Shown one piece after another: positions 47,464 through 53,496 of a stretch of DNA of 53,496 bases. Each line of letters opens with the position of its first letter. The stretch's first letter is position 1. Source of the DNA: an uncultured Bacillales bacterium. Lineage in GTDB: Bacteria; Bacillota_I; Bacilli_A; RFN20; CAG-826. Below the pieces are notes generated by a model. It did no database searches, had not been told where the DNA came from, and saw only the letters and a program-made list of their open reading frames with translations. The position numbers and the translations under genes were made by a program. Where the stretch lies: the NCBI GenBank assembly GCA_946185585.1, contig CAMHJP010000003.1, forward strand, positions 1 through 53,496. The letters are read 5' to 3'.

Positions 47464-47526
47464 TTATTCAAAAATACCAGCAATTCTTGGTTAAAACATT
47501 TGCAAATAATGAATAAAACATCATAC

Positions 47527-47571
47527 TTGAAATAAACTTTTTCGTATCTTATAATGGTATCACTTGATACC
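47527..47571 (+). promoter_or_regulatory. SigA promoter plus palindromic operator
   Basis: TTGAAA (47527)-17-TATAAT (47550), immediately followed by ggtatca-ct-tgatacc. Confidence 0.75.
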
Positions 47572-47614
47572 TAATTAAATCTTAGATGTTTGTCACTAGA
47601 GGGAGGAACACTAT

Positions 47615-48031
47615 ATGTCTAACAAAGTAGTTTGTATGTATTGTGACCACGAAGAAGAATACATCATTAAAGAAGAACCACAACACATCTGTATTAATGG
47701 AGTAGACTTCGACACCACATTTAAATACGCCTACTGTAAAAAATGTGGTGGAGATGTCTACCCATCTAACCTAGGTCGATATAATGACCTCCAGATGTTT
47801 GATGGTTATAAAAAACGTGTTGGTCTACTAACTAGTGATCAAATCAAAGATATCAGAAAGAAAAGAGGAATGAGTCAAGTTGAACTCGCTAGGTTCTTAC
47901 GACTTGGCGATAAAACAATTGCCCGCTATGAAACAGGAACCATCCAAGAAAAATCACTTGATCTTTTACTAAGACTAGTCGACAACGACGAATCATACCA
48001 GATTATTAAAAAGCTCAATCAAAAGAAGTAA
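47615..48031 (+). CDS. MqsA-family antitoxin (zinc ribbon plus HTH), no adjacent toxin
   Basis: CMYC...CKKC; LTSDQIKDIRKKRGMSQVELA..L.LG..TIARYE.G; RBS ggagga. Confidence 0.87.
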   Translation: MSNKVVCMYCDHEEEYIIKEEPQHICINGVDFDTTFKYAYCKKCGGDVYPSNLGRYNDLQMFDGYKKRVGLLTSDQIKDIRKKRGMSQVELARFLRLGDKTIARYETGTIQEKSLDLLLRLVDNDESYQIIKKLNQKK

Positions 48032-48051
48032 ATTCTCTTCTTTCCTTAATC

Positions 48052-48082
48052 GACCCGTTAGACTCTCTCTAATGGGTCTTTT
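48052..48082 (+). terminator. Intrinsic terminator
   Basis: gacccgttaga...tctaatgggtc plus T-tract. Confidence 0.8.
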
Positions 48083-48132
48083 ATTTATGTATTAAATCTA
48101 CATACCTAATAATAAAGAACAAACACCCACGA

Positions 48133-48240
48133 ACATATATATAGGGGGAACAAAAGAATTAACAAAGAAATTTTGCTATTAAAAAAATTTTTTTGTCATA
48201 TCTAATACTTTGTATTAAATTGTTCTCCCTATATATGTGT
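48133..48240. repeat. 21-bp inverted repeat (19/21) enclosing 66 bp
   Basis: acatatatatagggggaacaa (48133-48153) versus ttgttctccctatatatgtgt (48220-48240). Confidence 0.85.
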
Positions 48241-48278
48241 ACTTGTTTTCTCGTACACGTACATATACAATACGTACA

Positions 48279-48637
48279 AGTTCAGAGACGAAACGAATCA
48301 ATTGTTCCTGGTCAAAACAAATGATGAGTGAAGTCAATGAACTAAGTTAGAAGAATCAATAGATAAGAATATCGATGCATAATATTCTCTAAAAGAGATT
48401 CTCCTAACAAGTCACTACATTTCTTGTTATTTAGAACAACTTAGATGTGGTGACACAACTACATTTGTTTTTGCTTTATCGTTCAATCTAGTGAACAAGG
48501 TGCAAAAACAAATGAGATCTTTCTCCTTATTCATTGGAGGTGTTATTTAGAATAACCTCAGAATTTCATGAATAAGAAAAAGATCACAGTTGTTCATATA
48601 CCTCACGAGTGTAAATTATCGAAAACGCACTCGGAGG
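48279..48637 (+). ncRNA. Putative large structured RNA or leader, copy 1
   Basis: Series of long hairpins; three AT(C/T)TAG hexaloops at 48429, 48486 and 48545; homologous with covariation to 53248-53490. Confidence 0.65.
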
Positions 48638-48663
48638 AATAAAGAAAGGAGAAAAAAACAAAT

Positions 48664-51600
48664 ATGAACAAATTATTTACAAAGATTGCCTCGCTTGCCT
48701 TAGGCGCAGCGATGGCAGTCGGAGTAGGTGTTGCTGTAAGTGGTAAGAATGTTAGTGCTGCTCATGCCGATACGTCTCCTGCAACATTCACTGTTTCATC
48801 TTATGCCTCTGCGCACAGCTGGACTGGGAGCGGTGGTGGTCCGTATGGGCAAGGCTCTACTAATGCTTTAGATATTGATGCAAACGTTTCGGTATATTGT
48901 ACCGGTTCGTCAAATAGTGGTAAGTATTATACCGATTGGCGTATGTATCAATCTGAAAGTGCAACCGTTGTTGTTTCTGCTAAGTCTGATAGCGTTAAAT
49001 TAACCGCTATTACATTTACATATGGACAAAGTAATGGTGGATGTTTGCACACAAGTAAAGCTCAAAGTGTTACAGCTTATTATTCTACTGGAACAAAAAA
49101 GACCTTAAGTAGCGTTTCTAGTGTTACTGCTTATGTTGCTAATACAGGAACAAAAACAAACGGCCAAGCAAGAATTACTTCGATTGTTGTTGAGTACACT
49201 GTTACAGCCTCAAAAACAGTATCTAGTGTTTCATCAAGTGGACATAAAACCTCATTTGCTAACGGGGAATCATTTGCCTATGGTGGAACATTGACCGCAA
49301 CATATAGTGATTCGACATCATCAAGCGTAACACCTACATCATTTAAGTATGGTGCTTCTGGTATAAATCCAACAAGCGCTGGAACGGCTATCACTGTTGG
49401 GACAGCTCTTAGTTATGCAACTCACAATGATAAATACATATATGTGTTGTATACAGAAAGTGGAACAACAGTTTATACCAGCTACCAAATTTCTGTAAGC
49501 GCACCAAAAACGCCTGCTAGTGTCTCGTCAAGTGGTCATACAACAACATTTACTGCTGGTGACACATTTGCCTATGGTGGTACATTAACTGCTACATATA
49601 CAGACAGTACTAATGCAACAGTTACACCAAGTTCTTTTAAAATTGGCGATGCTGGTATCAATCCAATTTCAGCAGGCACAGTTATTGTTCCTGGCACAAC
49701 TGTTTTGAATAGAAATGATCATCATGGAAAAACAGTCTATGTTCTTTATGAAGAAAATTCGACAACAGTTTATGCTAGTTATACGATTTCCGTTGCTACA
49801 ATAAGCAAAATTTCGTTTGTTGGTGGGACTGACATAGGAACAGCTGGCGGTCAAGGTCAATCTGACACATTAACCAAGAGTGGAATCTCTATGTCTTGTG
49901 ACAGCTGCTATACAAAAAGTGGAGCATACCGTTTTTATAGTGGTTCAACTCTAACTATTTCTTCTACTGTTGGAAACATTGCAAAAATTGAATTCAACAT
50001 GAATGGTTCTTATAATTCAAACTTATTAAGCACATCCACAGGGACATATAACTCTGATGATTCATCTAAAGGCGTATGGACTGGCGATGCAGCTTCTATT
50101 GATTTTGATTTAAGTGCTCAGGCTAGATGTGATTCAGTTGATATTACACTTGCATCTAATGATCCATTGGTGGAACTCGCGCCAGGTTCTTCTAGTGAAG
50201 TTTCAATGTTCAAAGGTGACCAAGATACCTCTGTTAAAGTCCTTGTCAAAAATATTGAAACCAAAACATGGTCATTTACATTTGATGAAGATGCACAAGA
50301 AGGAATTACCACATCTTCATATATCAGTGTATCTGCTGGTGCTGCAGTTAGTGATGTTCACACTTTAACTATCACAACAAAAGCTATTGGCTCAACAACA
50401 ATGCACATTGCTGTTTCTGGAACTGCGTGCGAAACTGCAATTCCAGTTACTGTTAACGCTAAACCAGCATCAATGACAATTAACCATAGCGATATCCATG
50501 AAGGTGAATTAGAAATTATTACTGGTTTATACAAACAAGTATCATTCTCTGGATTAGATACTGACGGTAATCCATATAGCATTGCTGCCGCAGACGTTAC
50601 TCCATCCGCAACAAGTGGTGCTTCTTACGTTACTTTGAGCGGAACTAGAATCACTGGTGCCTCACAAGGTACAGCAGTGGTCAGATACACATTAAAAGCT
50701 TTAACTAGTGTATATGCTGAAGTTACAGTCAATGTTGTTGACGACTACATTGAAACAGTCGGAGAACCAACATTTGCTACTGGTTTAACCGATACACAAG
50801 GACAAAGTCCAGATGTATCAGTCTTTACTTCAAGACCAGGTACAATGCATTCAGGTACTTCAACAACAATTCTATTCGAAAACTATAAGTTCTCTTATGA
50901 ATCAACATATGCTTCTGCAGAATACGGTGATGTATTCAGCTATGACTTCAGTCATGGTACAACAGTGGATTCAACTCATAAGTTACAAACAATTTATGTT
51001 TTCTGTGATATTGATGAAGCTGCTCATGGTAGCTATACAGTTACAGTTGAACAATTCAACGATCCATTAACCGCTATTACATTTACAAATGTGACAGAGA
51101 ATGCTGTTAATGTGGCTCGTGGAAGCACATTCCAACTCGAATGGGCTTATACTCCAGAAAACCCAACTGATGGAAAGGAAGTAGTTTTCAGAATTGATAC
51201 AAACGATGATAACATTTCAATTACCGTTAGCGAGTCGGGTTTAATCAGCATTGGAGCATCATCTAACTTAGGTGAAGCACTTGTCATCATGGAAAGTGCC
51301 CACGATGAAACCATCTATGACTTTGTTATGGTTTCTGCTGTGTTAGAAACAATGAAATACACTGTTCGTGAAGATGAATCGTGGTCATTAGTCAGCGATC
51401 CAACAACCTTAGTTGCTGGCGATGTTGTTGTCATGACAGGTGAGAAAAACAGTGAAATACTTGCTATGGGTACCTATTCCTCGGGAAACAACGTTAAAGC
51501 CGTTGTTAGTAGCCCATTAACCGTTTCAGATGGCGAAATTACTGCTGGTATTACTGATGCGATGATTTATACCCTAGTTTCTGGTACTACAAGTGGCACC

Positions 51601-52296
51601 ATAGCATTCGAAGACTCCACAGGAAATTATTTAAATGCTTGTAGTTCGGGAAGCAACTACATGCACTCAGAAAGTTCAGTAACTGTCAATTCTTCGTTTG
51701 CCATTGATGATTCTGGAAACGTTTATGCTTCAGGATCTTCTTATACTAGAAATTATATGAGATTCAATCCAAACGGAAGCAATGACGCTATCTTCTCTTG
51801 CTATGCTTCAACCTCTACAACAGGTAGTGTTGTTACCTTCTACAAGAGAAGTGGCGGTGATACACCATTCGATGTTACCGCTGATTTATTCAATGCTGTT
51901 CATAACAACTTTGGTGAAGGAAAAACCTACGAATGGAGTGAATCTTGCCCAGCTTTTGATGAAGATGCTTGGGTTGATGCATGCGCGGCAATTACTGATT
52001 TGAGCGACTACAGTTCATATAAACTCAATCGTGCTGTTGCCAACATTAGTGGTAATGAAATTGAAGTATTACTAGCAAAATACGACAATATTATTACCAA
52101 ATTCGGCACGGCACACGATTGGTTAGGAAGATTTGATGAAGGTGGAATTAACCACGGTTCTTTAACAAAAGTTAATTCGTTATCATTACTCACAAATAAC
52201 GGAACTGAAGTTGCCATTATCGTTGTGGCCTCAATGATTGGCTTATCTGCTGTTGGAGGATACTTCCTCTTACGTAAACGTAAAGAGAATATCTAA
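48664..52296 (+). CDS. 1210-aa Ser/Thr-rich surface protein with Ig-like repeats and C-terminal TM anchor
   Basis: Signal peptide MNKLFTKIA...AHA; duplicated ~97-aa Ig-like unit; C-terminal TM plus RKRKE; RBS aaaggag. Confidence 0.85.
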   Translation: MNKLFTKIASLALGAAMAVGVGVAVSGKNVSAAHADTSPATFTVSSYASAHSWTGSGGGPYGQGSTNALDIDANVSVYCTGSSNSGKYYTDWRMYQSESATVVVSAKSDSVKLTAITFTYGQSNGGCLHTSKAQSVTAYYSTGTKKTLSSVSSVTAYVANTGTKTNGQARITSIVVEYTVTASKTVSSVSSSGHKTSFANGESFAYGGTLTATYSDSTSSSVTPTSFKYGASGINPTSAGTAITVGTALSYATHNDKYIYVLYTESGTTVYTSYQISVSAPKTPASVSSSGHTTTFTAGDTFAYGGTLTATYTDSTNATVTPSSFKIGDAGINPISAGTVIVPGTTVLNRNDHHGKTVYVLYEENSTTVYASYTISVATISKISFVGGTDIGTAGGQGQSDTLTKSGISMSCDSCYTKSGAYRFYSGSTLTISSTVGNIAKIEFNMNGSYNSNLLSTSTGTYNSDDSSKGVWTGDAASIDFDLSAQARCDSVDITLASNDPLVELAPGSSSEVSMFKGDQDTSVKVLVKNIETKTWSFTFDEDAQEGITTSSYISVSAGAAVSDVHTLTITTKAIGSTTMHIAVSGTACETAIPVTVNAKPASMTINHSDIHEGELEIITGLYKQVSFSGLDTDGNPYSIAAADVTPSATSGASYVTLSGTRITGASQGTAVVRYTLKALTSVYAEVTVNVVDDYIETVGEPTFATGLTDTQGQSPDVSVFTSRPGTMHSGTSTTILFENYKFSYESTYASAEYGDVFSYDFSHGTTVDSTHKLQTIYVFCDIDEAAHGSYTVTVEQFNDPLTAITFTNVTENAVNVARGSTFQLEWAYTPENPTDGKEVVFRIDTNDDNISITVSESGLISIGASSNLGEALVIMESAHDETIYDFVMVSAVLETMKYTVREDESWSLVSDPTTLVAGDVVVMTGEKNSEILAMGTYSSGNNVKAVVSSPLTVSDGEITAGITDAMIYTLVSGTTSGTIAFEDSTGNYLNACSSGSNYMHSESSVTVNSSFAIDDSGNVYASGSSYTRNYMRFNPNGSNDAIFSCYASTSTTGSVVTFYKRSGGDTPFDVTADLFNAVHNNFGEGKTYEWSESCPAFDEDAWVDACAAITDLSDYSSYKLNRAVANISGNEIEVLLAKYDNIITKFGTAHDWLGRFDEGGINHGSLTKVNSLSLLTNNGTEVAIIVVASMIGLSAVGGYFLLRKRKENI
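49212..49797 (+). repeat. Tandem duplicated Ig-like domain within the surface protein
   Basis: SVSSSGH.T.F..G..FAYGGTLTATY.DST...VTP.SFK.G..GINP.SAGT occurs twice. Confidence 0.85.
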
Positions 52297-52363
52297 TTAC
52301 AGTATGAAAAAATAAAAAGACCTCAATCAAATAGTTGATTTGAGTTCTCTAACCAAATAGGTT

Positions 52364-52402
52364 ATCCGGGTTGTACATCATGTATGACCCGGATTTATTT
52401 TT
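52364..52402 (+). terminator. Intrinsic terminator after the surface protein
   Basis: atccgggttgtaca-tca-tgtatgacccggat (14-bp stem with two G-U pairs) plus T-tract. Confidence 0.8.
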
Positions 52403-53003
52403 TCTTTAATTTCCAAATGTATCCATAGGCCGTCTTATATTTCCCATTGATACAATTAGATATTAAAAGAGGTCTTTTCTTTAACTCTTTTGCTGCGCTA
52501 GAAATCGAAGGATATTGTTTAATATATTTCCCATCAAGAGAGTATTGAACAATCCTTTTCTTCTTCGAGAGGCTGATACCTTTCGATTGTTCAATACTCG
52601 CTTGATTCTCATAGACAAAAATATGTCCTCTCGCATGAGGATATTTTTTGTTTAAAACATCCCGAATGGAATGAGGGTCAATATGTAGCTCTAATGAGGC
52701 ACTTCTAATTGATGGAAACCTTCTTAGAACTTGATTTTCTTTATTAACCTCTAAGATCGCTTTACTTGTTCGAGAAATATTAAAATATTTAATTCCTTCA
52801 ATACTCTCTTTTATTTCGTCGACATTTACCCGTCTAAAAAGATAACCATATGCGGTGGAGGCTTCACCTCTTAAACACTTCTCAATTTGTCTTCCTTTTT
52901 TATGTAGTGAGCGTCTAGCATGAGAAGTGTTTAAGTAAACTTGAAAAAGCCTTCCATCAAGATGGTAACAAGCAATGCGTTCGTTCTTTTTTAGACGGGC
53001 CAT
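52395..53003 (-). CDS. Protein made of three NUMOD1 DNA-binding repeats, no nuclease domain
   Basis: Three copies of I.QY.LDG..I..YPSI..AA..L......I..C..G...TAYGY.W-like motif; no HNH or GIY-YIG motif. Confidence 0.8.
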   Translation of the reverse strand: MARLKKNERIACYHLDGRLFQVYLNTSHARRSLHKKGRQIEKCLRGEASTAYGYLFRRVNVDEIKESIEGIKYFNISRTSKAILEVNKENQVLRRFPSIRSASLELHIDPHSIRDVLNKKYPHARGHIFVYENQASIEQSKGISLSKKKRIVQYSLDGKYIKQYPSISSAAKELKKRPLLISNCINGKYKTAYGYIWKLKKK

Positions 53004-53177
53004 AGAAGAACTATAAACCCTTGTATAAGCGCACTACTTATGTGTCATATAGGGATTTTTCGCAATGCAAAAAATCTCACTAAAAACACTTGACATGTTC
53101 CCATAACACTAGCTTCATCTACTCCTTCTTGTTTCTTTTTAATTCTTAAAAACTTGTATATAACCTAGTTATATACA

Positions 53178-53204
53178 TTAGCACTCTACACGTGCGAGTG
53201 CTTG
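53178..53204. promoter_or_regulatory. CIRCE-like inverted repeat
   Basis: TTAGCACTC-N9-GAGTGCTTG versus consensus TTAGCACTC-N9-GAGTGCTAA (16/18). Confidence 0.45.
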
Positions 53205-53205
53205 C

Positions 53206-53226
53206 AAGAAGAAGAAGAAGAAGAAG
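53206..53226 (+). repeat. (AAG)7 microsatellite
   Basis: Seven exact AAG units; can pair imperfectly with pyrimidine-rich 53113-53131. Confidence 0.85.
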
Positions 53227-53247
53227 TTATACTCATAGCAAGATTTT

Positions 53248-53496
53248 TCGAAATCCATCTCATAGAGATTCTCCCTGGTCAAGAGAAACGGAATGAGAAA
53301 ATGGATTTCGATAATCACGTTAAGGAAAATCATTTAGATAGAACAACGGTGCACATTGCTCTTAATAGAGATTCTCCTTAATGGGTCGTTTTTTTGGTTA
53401 TCTAGAACCTAAGAAAGAAAAACGACCAACAACTTTGACACGAATTTGTTTCGTGGGTGGATTTTTAGGAAACCCACATCTAAACAAATTATTTGT
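53248..53496 (+). ncRNA. Putative large structured RNA or leader, copy 2 (3' truncated by the window)
   Basis: Same ordered motifs as copy 1: CCTGGTCAA loop, AGAGATTCTCCT, ATCTAG-capped hairpin, ACAACT, ATTTGTTT/AAACAAAT stem. Confidence 0.65.

Noticed and set aside
48279-48637. T-box, known riboswitch, or group I/II intron interpretation of the structured leader
   Set aside because: No T-box GGTGGNACCGCG, no recognisable aptamer consensus, no group II domain V or GTGCG start, and no interrupted gene; a formal Rfam search is still required.
977-52217. Numerous 60-150 aa ORFs overlapping long genes in other frames or strands (e.g. 23932-24381, 26202-26561, 28207-28602)
   Set aside because: Shadow ORFs inside well-supported CDSs, with no RBS or recognisable motifs.
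1-53496. Mycoplasma-type genetic code (TGA = Trp)
   Set aside because: TGA ends genes at ATGA overlaps (5520, 33806, 36112, 38752) and long ORFs are intact under the standard code.

Overview
Chromosomal window from a low-GC Bacillota genome that uses the standard code (TGA as stop). The gene content and the 'MNKLFTKIA...' C-terminally anchored surface protein suggest an uncultured gut/rumen Bacilli lineage (inference). The backbone is housekeeping and transport: P-II tail, ArsB/NhaD permease, nitroreductase, fba, rarA-nucleoside hydrolase-rbsK, DAK2/FakA, ABC systems, rlmD, flavoprotein, 5'-nucleotidase, ldh, lipoproteins, GT4, aquaporin, DUF1846, uracil permease, sirtuin and a ROK kinase. 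From about 33 kb, many toxin-antitoxin-like modules are interspersed (AbiE with a flanking phosphoesterase and RHH, DUF3990-HTH, DUF4160-DUF2442, orphan MqsA-like, AAA_14 ATPase) with no integrase or transposase in the window. The strongest signals absent from the ORF track are three. (1) A large multi-hairpin non-coding element occurs twice, at about 48.28-48.64 kb ahead of a 1210-aa surface protein and at about 53.25 kb to the window end. Its loops are conserved, its stems covary, it repeats an AT(C/T)TAG hexaloop, and it lies next to a divergent NUMOD1-only gene. (2) Two tandem ~250-nt type I toxin-antitoxin-like units at 6.56-7.08 kb each carry a 27-28 aa hydrophobic peptide, 5'/3' UTR pairing and a convergent antisense promoter. 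(3) A TMEM164/YwaF-like membrane enzyme is fused to an ABC ATPase, with an internal in-frame RBS, in a cluster downstream of fakA. All family calls come from motif recognition by eye; no searches were run.
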